Source of the DNA: a virus
Lineage: Duplodnaviria; Caudoviricetes
Virus record (IMG/VR): IMGVR_UViG_3300017911_002159
Span: 1 to 64,000 of that record
Direction: 5' to 3' (one strand)
DNA length: 64,000 nt
The position numbers were made by a program, and so were the translations under genes. Within the stretch, counting starts at the first letter, position 1, and every line of letters starts with the position of its first letter. The notes beneath the pieces were generated by a model. It was not told where the DNA came from, did no database searches, and saw only the letters and a list, made by a program, of their open reading frames with translations. Below are positions 26,412-38,800 of the stretch, piece by piece.

Positions 26412-26821
26412 TGGAAAGTCCGATTGTCAAAGACATTTACTTTTCTGATATTGATACTCAATTTACTCAGAACCCCGTAAGTGATGATGTAATTTCTCTA
26501 AAAAATTATGAATCTATAAAAAGATCTGTAAGAAATATTATCAGTACGAATAAAGGTGAAAGACCTTTAAATCCAGATTTTGGATCAAATGTTCGTTCTC
26601 TTCTTTTTGAACCTGACAGTGATCTTATTAGAATAGCCCTTGAGCAAGAGATTATTATTCAATTAAGAAATTTTGAACCACGGATTGAAATAGTCTCGGT
26701 TGTAGTCACCAACACTTCAGCAGAAATTGACAATAACGAACTTAATGTTGAGATTCAATTTACTCCGATAAATAGTCAGGAGACAGTAACTCTTAATGTT
26801 ATTCTAGAAAGAGCACGATAA
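26411..26821 (+). CDS. gp25: Baseplate wedge gp25
   Basis: SDID..F..NPV..D, SIKRSVRNII.T..GERP.NPDFGS, FEPR. Confidence 0.95.
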   Translation: MESPIVKDIYFSDIDTQFTQNPVSDDVISLKNYESIKRSVRNIISTNKGERPLNPDFGSNVRSLLFEPDSDLIRIALEQEIIIQLRNFEPRIEIVSVVVTNTSAEIDNNELNVEIQFTPINSQETVTLNVILERAR

Positions 26822-28590
26822 TGGCCGACAAGTATCTATCAACAGCAGAACTTGATTTTGATTCTTTAAAATCTGATTTTATAAAGTTTTTACAAAGTCA
26901 AAGTCAGTTCAAAGATTTTAACTTTGAAGGTTCCAACTTATCGACCATTTTAGATCTTCTTACTTACAACACACACATCAATGCTTTTTACCTTAATCAG
27001 ATCGGAACCGAATCGTTTCTTGATACAGCCTTGCTCAAAGAATCTGTAGTATCACATGCTAAAGAACTTAACTACGTGCCTAGATCTAGAAACTCTTCTA
27101 GAGCTACAATTAACATTTCTTCTACTGGAAATGTTGATGATGGCACCAAGACTATTAATAAGTTTACTACATTCACCACTAATTTAGGATCTAACACACT
27201 TACTTTCTCTACAGACAGAGACATTGTAGCAGTGAATGATGGAACAGGATCTTTTATTGCAAACAATGTTAACATTTTTGAAGGTACTGTTGTAACAGAA
27301 TTTTTTGATGTTACTTCCGCTAACACAAAGGTGGTGGTTTCTTCGGCAAACGTTGATATTGATAGTTTTGATGTTGTTGTACAAAACAGTGCATCTGATT
27401 TATCTAATACACAATTTACAAAGGCTGAAAACCTTTTTGAGCTTACCCCCACCTCTCCTGTATTTTTTGTTCAGGGGTTTGGCCAAGACAAGTATGAGAT
27501 TCAATTTGGTAACGATATAACTGGCAAAAAACTTACAGTAGGAAACATTATTCGGTTAAGATATCGAGAAACTGTCGGTGAAGAAGGTAATAATGCAAAG
27601 GTTTTTCTTTCTTCAGATCCCACAATAACACCAACAACAGTGGCCAATTCGTCTTTGGGCGCTGAAAGAGAATCGATTGATTCTATCAGATTTAATGCAC
27701 CACGTGTTTTTTCAACACAAGATCGAGCAGTAACTGTTGAAGACTACAAGTCACTCGTAAAAAATAAGTTTCCTACAATTCAAACATTAAATGTTGTTGG
27801 CGGCGAAAAACTGAATCCGCCAAGATTTGGTAAAGTTGTGGTGATCCCTAAACCATTCAACTCTACAGTTGCAAGTCAATCTCTCAAAGACTCTATTGTA
27901 GATTTTCTAAGAGAAAAGGCTTCTATTAGCACAGAAGTTATCACTGCAGATCCCAAATTCATTATTTTAGATATTGTTTCTGATGTTAGATATAACTCTA
28001 CACAAACATCGAGATCGGCTGATGAAATTAAAACAGAAGTGACTAACAAAATTGTATCTTTCGGCACCACTAATTTGTCGGAGTTTGATAAGGATTTTAG
28101 ATTTAGTAAGCTGTTAGGCACAATTGATGGCGCTGATTCGGCAATACTTTCTAACAACACAAAAGTAAGACTAACTAAAGAAATTTCTCCTGCATCTACC
28201 GTTACAAACGATTTTGTTTTAGACTTTAGTAATGAAATTAAGAAGGGTAGTTTAACATCTACTTTATTCACAAAAACAATTAATGGCGTGACCTTTGAAA
28301 CTTCGATGCAAGACAACAATGGAACCGTTCAATTGATTTCATCATCTAGAGGTTCTAAAGAGATTATAGATTTTGATGCTGGTACTATTGATTATGAAAG
28401 CGGTCAAATTCTCTTAAATTCATTTAAACTTGATGGTTACTTTACGAGAGGAAGAGTAGCACTAGGCGATAGAGTTCAATTGTTTGTTGAGGGTACAACG
28501 CCCGATATCATTGTAGAGCAGGATCAAATAATTCAAATTCAGACATTAAATATTTCTGTTAACGTTTCAGGGCAAATAACTGATGACTAG
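26821..28590 (+). CDS. gp6: Baseplate wedge gp6
   Basis: LDFD.LK...FL..Q..F.D.NFEGS, LL.YNTH, SHAK.L.YVPRS, Q.RAVT..DY, G.IDY..G. Confidence 0.95.
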   Translation: MADKYLSTAELDFDSLKSDFIKFLQSQSQFKDFNFEGSNLSTILDLLTYNTHINAFYLNQIGTESFLDTALLKESVVSHAKELNYVPRSRNSSRATINISSTGNVDDGTKTINKFTTFTTNLGSNTLTFSTDRDIVAVNDGTGSFIANNVNIFEGTVVTEFFDVTSANTKVVVSSANVDIDSFDVVVQNSASDLSNTQFTKAENLFELTPTSPVFFVQGFGQDKYEIQFGNDITGKKLTVGNIIRLRYRETVGEEGNNAKVFLSSDPTITPTTVANSSLGAERESIDSIRFNAPRVFSTQDRAVTVEDYKSLVKNKFPTIQTLNVVGGEKLNPPRFGKVVVIPKPFNSTVASQSLKDSIVDFLREKASISTEVITADPKFIILDIVSDVRYNSTQTSRSADEIKTEVTNKIVSFGTTNLSEFDKDFRFSKLLGTIDGADSAILSNNTKVRLTKEISPASTVTNDFVLDFSNEIKKGSLTSTLFTKTINGVTFETSMQDNNGTVQLISSSRGSKEIIDFDAGTIDYESGQILLNSFKLDGYFTRGRVALGDRVQLFVEGTTPDIIVEQDQIIQIQTLNISVNVSGQITDD

Positions 28591-30979
28591 TAGGTTTACA
28601 AGAAGTGAAAAATCTACGAAGCATTTTGTAAGGTCTCAGTTTCCAGATTTTTTTCTGGACGAGGGCGAAGGCATTGTTGACTTCATTCACGCCTATTACG
28701 ATCACCTTTCGGCCAACACGGGAAACAAGATTAGAGATCTCCAATTTCAAGGAGATATCGATACCACATCTAACACCAATCTGATTCGATTTAATAACAA
28801 GTATACCTTTGGTTCTGGTAGATTTATCAAAGAACTTCCGGCTGTTATTACTGGTGATTTGAGATTTATCATCAAACATATTAAAGATCTTTACAGATCT
28901 AAGGGTACAGAAAGAGGCATAAAACTATTTTTTAGATTAGCCTTTAACGATAACCCTGAAATTTTTATTCCGGGCCAGTATCTTTTTAGGCCTTCTGACT
29001 CTAAATTTAACAGACCTGATGTTATAGAAGTAAGTTTGGGTGATGGAAATTCATTTAGTGATTTAACAGCACTACAAGGCACAGAAATTGTCGGCTCCGT
29101 ATCAGGTGCTTCGGCTATTGTTAAAAATGTATATAGAAAGAAAAATGGTAAATTTCTTAATAACTATATTGAATTAGATCGGCCTCTTGGTAAATTTAAG
29201 ACTGGTGATGCTATCACTGCTAGAGGAGCCTCTAGATCTGTAATAGTAAATGCTCCATCGGTATCCGGTCCTATCGACAACCTTATTATCGAGGATGGGG
29301 CTGATAATGTTCCTCTCGGAACAGTCTTTAATGCAAAGCCTAGATCTGATGGATCTCAACTTAAAGTATCTGTTACAGAACTAGATAAGGTTCTTGGTAC
29401 ATTTTTCTTAAGAGGCGTTACTGGATATGGTTATTCAACCAAATCCAATGTAATTATTACTAGAGCACCCGGTGAGGCCACTAACATCGATAGAGGTAAA
29501 TTTTCAGTAGCTATTGATAATCCGTATTCTACTTATAATGTAAATGGAGATCTTATCAGAGCATTTGAAGCTCAGACTATAGGATCAGCCAATATTAATG
29601 GGATACAATTAGATGGAACTGGTTCAGCTAATCTAACTAGTGGCGGTATAGAAGATATTTTATCATTAGAAGAAAGAACATATGGTCTAATTGACACAAT
29701 AGAGATCAATGAAGTTCCTAAGAACTACAATGGCGTAGCCTCTCCGTTTGTAGCAATAAAGGATATTACTTTCTCTGCAAATCAAGCGGGTAATGCTTCT
29801 ATCTCTGGAACATTGTTGAATGCTTCTGAAGAAGTTTTTGCCAACTCACTTATAAGAATAGCAAACACTTTATCTGGCAACGTGTCAGTAACAGTATCTA
29901 ACAATAAGGTTATTGGGGTCGGTACATCATTTGATACCGATTTCTCTGAGCATGATGTGATCAAAATTATGAATGATGATGGTCTGCCAACATTTCATAA
30001 TGTAGAAAGCATTTCTAACAGCACGTTTATGACCATAATGCAAGACTCACCCTATACCTTATCAGGCAATGATTACACTAAAGGATTTTTGAATTACATC
30101 AAATTAATTGACAGTAATGGCAAAACTTTTGTTAGAGTAGTAAATAATTTTGTAGATAGTAATACGGTGTATCTCGATGATAAAATTCTTACAGATGAAC
30201 TAGCAAGTAATCCTTCTTATACTTTTAGAATTGGCTACAATACAGCCAATGTAAACTTTAGCCCTTTAAATGATAAATTAAAAAGAAGAGTAAAAGAGGG
30301 AACTACCTTCACTGACGTTGATAGTGGTGTAAATGCTAATTTTACTTATAAAATTACTTCTGCCCTAAACTCTGTAGGTAATGTAAATATTCTGAGTAGT
30401 GGATTTGGCTATACTGATAAGTCAGATATTTCTATGAGATCTGAAGACCTGACACCGTTTATCAACATCATTGACAGAGAGGGCGCTGGGTCTGGAGCTA
30501 CTGCTATACCAACTTTATCTGATGGAAAGATAACTTCTGTATTAGTTCTTACTGGAGGATCAGGATATATTTCTCCAGTTGTTACTGCTGAGGGTGGTAC
30601 AGGATCTGGTGCTAAGTTTACAGCAACAAATATAGGCGGCGTTGTTACAGACATTCAAGTAACTAATCAAGGAAATAACTACGTTTCATTTAAAGACATT
30701 CTTGTGAAGGTTGATAAAGGCGGTCAGTCAATTCTTGAGGGAAGGCATACAAGCATTAACTCTGAATTAAATTCTAAAATTAGACTGACGGACAGTAATT
30801 ATTGGCAGGAATTTTCATACGAAATTGATTCAACAATTGATAGTGAAAAATATAAAGATACAGTTGATGGTTTAGTTCATATGGCGGGAAGAAAGTTTTT
30901 CACTAAGAACGTAATTAAGGACAGCGCTACTAGCTCTTTAAGAATATTAGAGGAGAGTGCCGCTAACACCGGCATTTAA
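28583..30979 (+). CDS. gp7: Baseplate wedge initiator gp7-like
   Basis: QFP.F......F..AYY, IK.LY.SKGT..., DS.YWQEFSYEI, VH.AG..FF. Confidence 0.85.
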   Translation: MTSRFTRSEKSTKHFVRSQFPDFFLDEGEGIVDFIHAYYDHLSANTGNKIRDLQFQGDIDTTSNTNLIRFNNKYTFGSGRFIKELPAVITGDLRFIIKHIKDLYRSKGTERGIKLFFRLAFNDNPEIFIPGQYLFRPSDSKFNRPDVIEVSLGDGNSFSDLTALQGTEIVGSVSGASAIVKNVYRKKNGKFLNNYIELDRPLGKFKTGDAITARGASRSVIVNAPSVSGPIDNLIIEDGADNVPLGTVFNAKPRSDGSQLKVSVTELDKVLGTFFLRGVTGYGYSTKSNVIITRAPGEATNIDRGKFSVAIDNPYSTYNVNGDLIRAFEAQTIGSANINGIQLDGTGSANLTSGGIEDILSLEERTYGLIDTIEINEVPKNYNGVASPFVAIKDITFSANQAGNASISGTLLNASEEVFANSLIRIANTLSGNVSVTVSNNKVIGVGTSFDTDFSEHDVIKIMNDDGLPTFHNVESISNSTFMTIMQDSPYTLSGNDYTKGFLNYIKLIDSNGKTFVRVVNNFVDSNTVYLDDKILTDELASNPSYTFRIGYNTANVNFSPLNDKLKRRVKEGTTFTDVDSGVNANFTYKITSALNSVGNVNILSSGFGYTDKSDISMRSEDLTPFINIIDREGAGSGATAIPTLSDGKITSVLVLTGGSGYISPVVTAEGGTGSGAKFTATNIGGVVTDIQVTNQGNNYVSFKDILVKVDKGGQSILEGRHTSINSELNSKIRLTDSNYWQEFSYEIDSTIDSEKYKDTVDGLVHMAGRKFFTKNVIKDSATSSLRILEESAANTGI

Positions 30980-30983
30980 AGAT

Positions 30984-32876
30984 ATGGGACTTACTACAAG
31001 ATCACTTTCTCATAATTTAGGTATGGTAACTGAGCTTTCTACTTATGCTCAGAATGTTTACATTTTCGTCTCAAAAACTCATGATAATCAAGATGAAAAC
31101 GTAAAAGAGTTAGCTAATGTTGAGAACTATTATACTTCTATTCACAATCCTATTAGGGAAATGGTTTTTGGCAAGAAAATCAAGCCCGGTGATGTAGCTC
31201 CTGTAATAGAAAGATATAATTGGGCCTCTGGCACGGTTTATCAAGAATTTTACAACAAATCCAATACAATTTTTACTGTTGAGTCTGGCTCTACAGAACA
31301 GTCAATGTTTATCTACACCTCTGGTGGAAGCGTATACAAATGTATTGATAACAACAGTGCTGCTGAATCTACAGTAGAGCCTACACATACAGATCTTACG
31401 CCAAGAGAAGAATCTGATGGGTACAAATGGAAATATATGTACTCGGTTCCTTCTGGTTCCAAATTTATCACAAGTGAATATATTCCAGTAGTTGCAAATT
31501 CTACTGTTCAAATCAATGCAACAGCAGGTATTGATAGAGTTTTTCTCGAAAACGGCGGAAAAAATTATACATCATCTACTAATGGCGAAGTTCAATCCAC
31601 TATTTCTTCTTCTAAATTTATTATTGAAAACAATTCAATTGCCAACTCGACTGGTGGTCAAGTAACTTTAACGGATGATTATTTCAACAATTCATCTATT
31701 CTTCTCTTTGAACCGGGAGCAAAAGACAGCGGAAGTTTATTTACTATCAATGACTACAAGCATTCATCTTTCGAGATTACTATTGACGGAACACACACTT
31801 TTACTGGTTCAACTAAATATGAAATTTCACCTAGAGTAAGAATTGTAGGTGATGGAGCTAATGCTACGGCGATTGCTACAGTAAATCAGTCTACCAAAAC
31901 CATTACTGGAATTGAGGTTAAAACCACCGGAGATTCATACTCTTTTGCTAATGTAATTATTGACGACTCTACAGGGACTGGAGCTAAAGCTGAGGCGGTG
32001 ATCCCTCCCAGAAAGGGTCATGGTTTTGATCCTCATGAAGAATTAGGCTCTGATAAAATCATGTATGCTGTTACTGTAGAAGGTAATGAGTCTAACACAA
32101 TTACAGCCAACCTTCAAAATGGCTTCAGAACTGTAGGTCTTATTTCCAATCCTTCTCCAGCCAATGTAGCATTTACAGGAACAGTATCGGTAAGTAGTGG
32201 CCAAAACATAGTTACAGGTTCTGGGACCAAGTTTACCACGGACTCTGTATTTACGAATCCAAATTTAAACAACGTTGCAGGACTAACTGTAAATACTATC
32301 AGCACAGCAGTCCTTTCTAATACTGCTGCTTCCAACACGGCTAAAGCCAATACTTTAGTAAACCTTTTCAATGAGTTTAATAAACAAATCGTAGGACAGG
32401 GCGTATCTACCGATACTATTTTGGTTGAAGGGCCAGACTTTGATGAAACTGCTGATGTGTTAAGTGTAACTTCTGATACGGTGTTACATGCAAGAATCCC
32501 ATTTGCTGGTACTTACTCAGGAGTTGGTTATAGAAAAGTTTACAAAGCTAATACATTCAATAACATTATCAGACTTACAGTTGATCAAGCTAATTTATTC
32601 TCAAATGGTGAGGTAATTACGTCTACAGATAAGGATCATTTTGGAACTCTGGTAAACCAATCGGCAAATACTCTGGTGATTGTTGGTACTAAATTTCCTT
32701 CTGGCATAAATGTTGTTGGAAGTGTTTCTGAATCAACAGCAAACGTGGTTTCAGCAGAAGTTTCTAATTCTTACATTGACGGTTTATATGGTCATACATT
32801 GTATATAAATAATGTACTGAAGGTGTCGAAGAACGACACAAGCAATGTAGAATTCAAAATTGTAGTTAAGGTTTAA
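30984..32876 (+). CDS. gp8: Baseplate wedge gp8-like
   Basis: RYNW.SGT.Y, VYKCIDN.....ST.EPT, DGYKWKYMY, I.GDG..A.A, P..GHG, LYINN. Confidence 0.88.
   Translation: MGLTTRSLSHNLGMVTELSTYAQNVYIFVSKTHDNQDENVKELANVENYYTSIHNPIREMVFGKKIKPGDVAPVIERYNWASGTVYQEFYNKSNTIFTVESGSTEQSMFIYTSGGSVYKCIDNNSAAESTVEPTHTDLTPREESDGYKWKYMYSVPSGSKFITSEYIPVVANSTVQINATAGIDRVFLENGGKNYTSSTNGEVQSTISSSKFIIENNSIANSTGGQVTLTDDYFNNSSILLFEPGAKDSGSLFTINDYKHSSFEITIDGTHTFTGSTKYEISPRVRIVGDGANATAIATVNQSTKTITGIEVKTTGDSYSFANVIIDDSTGTGAKAEAVIPPRKGHGFDPHEELGSDKIMYAVTVEGNESNTITANLQNGFRTVGLISNPSPANVAFTGTVSVSSGQNIVTGSGTKFTTDSVFTNPNLNNVAGLTVNTISTAVLSNTAASNTAKANTLVNLFNEFNKQIVGQGVSTDTILVEGPDFDETADVLSVTSDTVLHARIPFAGTYSGVGYRKVYKANTFNNIIRLTVDQANLFSNGEVITSTDKDHFGTLVNQSANTLVIVGTKFPSGINVVGSVSESTANVVSAEVSNSYIDGLYGHTLYINNVLKVSKNDTSNVEFKIVVKV
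32804..32811 (+). promoter_or_regulatory. T4-type late promoter TATAAATA within the gp8 3' end
   Basis: Exact consensus 66 nt upstream of the large structural gene. Confidence 0.7.
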
Positions 32877-32877
32877 G

Positions 32878-35800
32878 ATGTCAGATATCAATACCAATCT
32901 TAATAGATCCCCATACTTTGACGATTTTTTAGAGAACAAGAAGTTCTACAGAATTCTTTTTAAGCCGGGTTCTGCTGTGCAAGCAAGAGAGCTTTCTCAG
33001 CTTCAAACTATTTTGCAGAAGCAGATTAATAGATTTGGCTCTCACGTTTTTAAAAACGGGTCTATTGTTGATGGTGTAAATCCAAAGGTAATTGATCAAG
33101 CACATGTTGTAAGATTGAAAAATGCTTTTTCTAACAACACTGTTGTAGATCTTGATGCCATCCTTAATTCTTCTAACAACTTAATTTTAACATCTCAGTC
33201 TAGTGACGTAGAAGCTAAGATTCTCTTTCAGCAAGACGGATCTCAAGCAGATACGCCCAATACAAAAAGGTTGTATGTTGTATATACAAACGTAGATGAT
33301 ACAAATACAAAAACAGCAGTTGGTAATGTATCTATCGTAGAAAACTCCAATACTGTAACAGGTACTGGCACTTCGTTTAACAACTATGCAGTTGGCGATT
33401 ACTTTACCATATTTGAAACTCCTAACAAAAGAAGAGTTTCTTTTCAAGCCAAGATTGACAATATTGCCAACAATACATCCCTTACATTAAACAGAAAGCT
33501 GTCCTTTGCTAACAGCAGTGTGAGTTCAAACAACTTTACTATTCATAGAAACTTAACAAAGTTCGGTGTTCTCGGTACTGCGGACTCCCCCGAAATTTTG
33601 GAGGTTGTTGACAGAACTGTAAGAAATTCACAAGCCAATTCTGTAAACACTTCTGTTTCTGCAAACACCTTCCTCTTAGGTTTCTCTGTAGCAAATACAG
33701 AAACTTTGAGAGTTACAGTTAACGGTCAGGAGCAAACACCGACTGTTGATTACACTCCTAACACCACTCACGTAGTGTTAAAGTACAATCTTCAAAACAG
33801 TGACGAAATTACATTTATTGAAGCACTTAATACTGTTAAGTATACTGGTCTTCAATGTTTCAAATCTGGATCTGTAGCCACTTCTGAGAGAGCCACTGTA
33901 GTTTCTAATCAGGAAGGCGTTATTTTCCATAAAGGCCAATTCTTAAATATTGATCCCGGATTTGTTGTAGTATCTGATAATGTTGAGGGAGCTAATGATT
34001 CTATTGTTGCCGTGGATTCAAATGAATCTATTGTTACCTTTAAGGCAGATCCATCACTTCTCGACAATGCTGCAGGATTTTCTAACGAGGTTGCACCGGG
34101 AGCAGATAGACTTAAGTTAGATCCTCTTTTAGTATCTGCTAACACATCTAATCTTATTAATAAAGAAGCAGTTGCTGTTCTCGTAAACTTCAATGACGAA
34201 GGTGAAGTTCTATCCGAGAATAGAGAACCACAGTACAATATTCTTGGTGATCAACTTGCCAAGAGAAATACAGACCATGCTGGTAGCTTTACTGTAAAGA
34301 GATTTACAGTTGACACAGAAGCTGCTTCTGCAAACAATGAAAACTTCAAGATTGTTGTAGAACCCGGATTAGGTTACATCAACGGCTACAAAGTAGAGAC
34401 TTTGGCTCCTATCTCCGAAACAATTACCAGAGGAACCAACACTCTTCAAAGAGAAGATTTTGAACTTGGTATTAATTATGGCAACTATGTAAGAGTAAAA
34501 GAATTTAATGGCAACTTTGCTCCTTATGATAGAGTTACCTTTGTTCACAATGGAGCTAATCAGGGATACTTCCCAGCTTCTAACACCACATTCTTAACAA
34601 GTCTTTCTAGCTTTACTCCTGCTTCCTCGAACAACGTAGGTAGAGCTTATGTAAAGTCAGTAGAATTGGAGTCCGGTACTCCGGGTGCTCCAAATGCTAT
34701 CTACAGAATTCACCTGTTTGGTATCGAGCAGTCAGCCAATGATTCGATCTTAAATGCAAGAACCATTGTTACCAACGATACTGTAAAGGGTGGTGCAGAC
34801 ATCATTCTTAATGACAGTGACAATGCTGTTATTACTGAGATTGGAGAGCTTCCTCTCGATGCCTTTGGTGAGGCTGGTGTAAGATCTTACACGGACTCTA
34901 CAAGCACTTTTGACAATAACTTTACTGTAAGAAAGTTTGCTTCTGTGACTGACACTTTAAATGCCAATGGTTTCTTAATTGTTGACGTTGACGATGAAAC
35001 CGATCTTTCTGGTAATAATGCAATTGGTACATATACGACTTCAGAAGTAAACGATCTTGTACTTTCAAACGTAGGCAGTGAGATTTCTTGTAACTCCCTT
35101 GGAGTAACTACATCCTCTGGTAACGTGATTACTTTGTCTTCTGCATTTGGCGACAAAATTCATGTTGGCGATATTGTGCAGATTGACTCTGGCAATAAAG
35201 TTATTGTTACAAAGGTAAATTCTACTACAGAGATTCAAACAAATATTGATAGTACTGATACTACCGGTACACTTAAGAAGATTATACCTGTAGGTAAGAC
35301 TATTCCTGTGGACTCGGACATGGTGTCTACTAGTCAAGTAGATAACACTTTAGTAATCAATATTCCAATTCTGAATAACAGTAACTATACTGGTTCTACT
35401 ACCGTGAGAGCAACTTACGAGTTTAACGGTAGAGATTACAAGCCGTTCAACAAAGACGTAAAGAAAAATCTCTATAGAAGAATCAACACTGCTAACAACT
35501 CTGCCAACTCGATTGGCCCTTGGGATTTAGGTGTGGTTGATGTTCATAAGGTAACTGGTGTTTGGGTTCTTACAAATAAGAACAACGGTAACGCCAACGA
35601 CACGTTTACCGACTCTGATCTAACGGCTACCACTAACAGAGTTAATGGCGGATTCTTTGAATTTGATTCTGGTCAGCGTGATCATTTCTATGATTATTCT
35701 ACCCTTCACCTGACCAATAAAGGTAGATTTAAAAACTATGTTACTTCTAACAACACCATTGTTGTTAAGTTAGACGCCTTTACATTAGACAACAATGATG

Positions 35801-38800
35801 GTGAGGGATACTTAACTGTAGACTCTTATCCAACAACTACGTCTACAACAGCAAACACAACAACCATTAAGTTCGAAGAGATTCCTACTTACATCACTTC
35901 TAATGGTGATAAAGTAGCTCTTAGAGATGTTGTAGATTACAGACCTAGATTTAACAACAAAGAGCAAACTAATCTTCTTACCGGAGTAGCTAATACATCT
36001 ATCGTAGATGTCAGCAACGTTAAGGATAAAGATTCTGCCAAATCTTCTGGCAACAGTAAAAACTCATTCCTCATCTTTAAGAATGATACTGAGTTTGTTT
36101 CTGACTATAAGATTAACGTTGGTAAGAAGGCTGATGTTTATATCGGAGAGACAGGCACGTTAACAATCTCTGTTGCTAACAACAGCATTACCCCTGCTCC
36201 TGAAGTTCCAAAAGCCATGAGAATTGGATCTGTAGACGTAGCGCCTTTCCCTTCTCTTACCAGAGAAGAATCTACTGCCGCTAGAAACATTTACAGCGGT
36301 GGAAAGTTAAATGATAAGAGAACTGAGTTTGACGTTTCTAACTATAGAATAATTGTCGATCAGTTTAATATCAGAAGATACACTATGAAGGATATTGGTA
36401 CTCTTGATCAGAGAATCCAAAATCTTGAATACTATACATCTTTAAATGCTCTTGAATCTGATACGTTTAACAAACAGTTTAAAAATTCTTCTGGTGTAGA
36501 AAGATTTAAAAATGGTATTTTTGTAGAACCATTTATTTCTCATCAGTTTGGTGCAACAAACGACAATGAATACAGAGTATCGATTGATAAAGATCTTGGA
36601 CACTTTAGACCAAGCTTTGCTGAGGTTCTTGTAGATAACTTTACACCAGAAATTGTTTCTGGAAATGTAAATGTGTTTGGACATAGAATTATGTACAATC
36701 ACTCTGAAGTAGATTTCATCAAACAAGACAAGGCTACAAAAGTAAGACCTGCTGCACCTTTAGCTATTAGATTTGATGGTGAGCTTCAATTATTCCCTGA
36801 ATATGATGTAGGTACAGATTCAGAGAATGTTGGTAGTGTAATTATTAATCCCGATGCTCAGCCTCCTGTGCAAGAAGGCACAGTCACAACTTTTGGTAAT
36901 TGGAGAACTCGTAGAACATCTGGTCGTCGTAGAAGAATAATTAGTACTAGAAATGTGACTACTGTAACGACCACGGTGGATGAGACTCTAGAGTCTTTTG
37001 GCGAACGTGTAGTTGATGTTACGGTTACGCCGTTCATTAGAGAGCAGGCTATTAGATTTAGAGCTACTGGTCTCAGACCCAACGAACAACACTCTCTGTT
37101 CTTTAATGGTGTAAATGTAAACGAACATGTTGTACCAGCTAGATTCTCTATTCAACCAGTCTTAACTGTCACTGGACTTACAAATCCGATAAGAATTAGT
37201 AATCTACCTGATGGCGTCATCAACGATAAATTAGTATCTGATCAAATTTCTTCAAATCCTGATGTAGCGTCTACTCGTTTTGCTAGGGTTGGTGATAGAG
37301 GATTCCCTCTGATAACCAATAGATCTGGTTCTGTATCAGGACAATTCTTTGTGCCAAAGGACACGTTCCTCCAAGGCGATAGAAATATGTTGATTGCAGA
37401 TATTGAAGATTTGGATACTGAATCTGATGCTATTCTTTCTTCTGCTTCTAAAATGTTCCATTCCAACAGAATTGGCGTTAAGAGTGAAGAGCTTCTTGAA
37501 AGAAACTTCGAAGTTCAAACTAGAACCAGAAGAAGAAATCAAACTAGAAACAACAATGATCCTATTGCACAGACATTCTATGTAAGAGGGGATAATGATT
37601 TTACAGAAGATGGCATCTTTGTTAGTTCTATCGACATATTCTTTAAGAGAAAGTCTGCACGTAGAGGATCTGCAGTTAATGTTTATGTCTGTGAATTAGA
37701 GAATGGCTACCCCAACACAGAAAAAGTGTATGGAGCTTCTAAGGTAAAGCTGTCTGCAGGAAGAGTTAGTGTTTCTGATGATGCATCTGTGGCCACGAAC
37801 TTTAAATTCTCTCATCCTATTTTCTTGAAAAAGGACAGAGGATATGCCTTTGTAATCAAACCAGACGGTGACGACCCAGATTATGATGTTTACTTCTCTA
37901 AACTTGGTGGGTCTGACATTACTACTGGTACGGCTGTAAATTCTCAGCCTTATGAGGGCATTGCATTCCTTGGTGCTAACCAAGACACATGGTCTGCTCT
38001 TCAGGATGAAGATATTAAATTTACTTTAAAGAAGGCAGTGTTTGAGACTGGCGCAGCAACTGTAAGAATGGTGCCTAGAAACTTTGATAGGGGTGAGTTT
38101 GAAGACATTACATTCTTTAACAATAAAACCTCAATTCAAGTTGGTGATTTAGCATACGGAATGACAAATGCTAATAATGATCCAAACTTAACGGTTGCCA
38201 ACGTAAATACATCTATTGTTGGTATAGTATCGTCAATAGACGATATTAACAATCTTGTTAGAATTGCTCCTTCTTCTGGCAATTTTACAACGTCTGCAAC
38301 TAAGACGTTTAACACCACTAGACTTGATGGAACAACAAAATCTACTACAAAGCATAAGCTGGCTTTCTACAGACCTAGAGATCTTCTCACAGAAACTGAA
38401 ACATTAAATCTTGATAGGTTTGTGGGTACTTCGTTTATCTCTTTAGAGGATCACGAATTTAGTACAATTGTTCCACAGTTTACAACTCAAACTTACAGTA
38501 AGTCTTCAGTTGACTTTGATTTTGTTTACAACATTTCTAATACGTCTTCGAAGACATTTGCTATTCCAAATGAAGATGAGTACGAACATACAGACAATCC
38601 ATTAGTTCTGAGATCTAGAACAAATGAAAAGCTGAAGCTTGGTTCTGCTACAGGCAATAGTTCCTTCTATATTGATATTAGTATGAACAATGGCACCACT
38701 AAAACTTCGCCAATGATTGATACTAGAAGAACTCTTCTTTCTGCTGTTGGAAACTTGACTATTACACCTGATGATTCAGCAAACAACTTCATTGATGGTA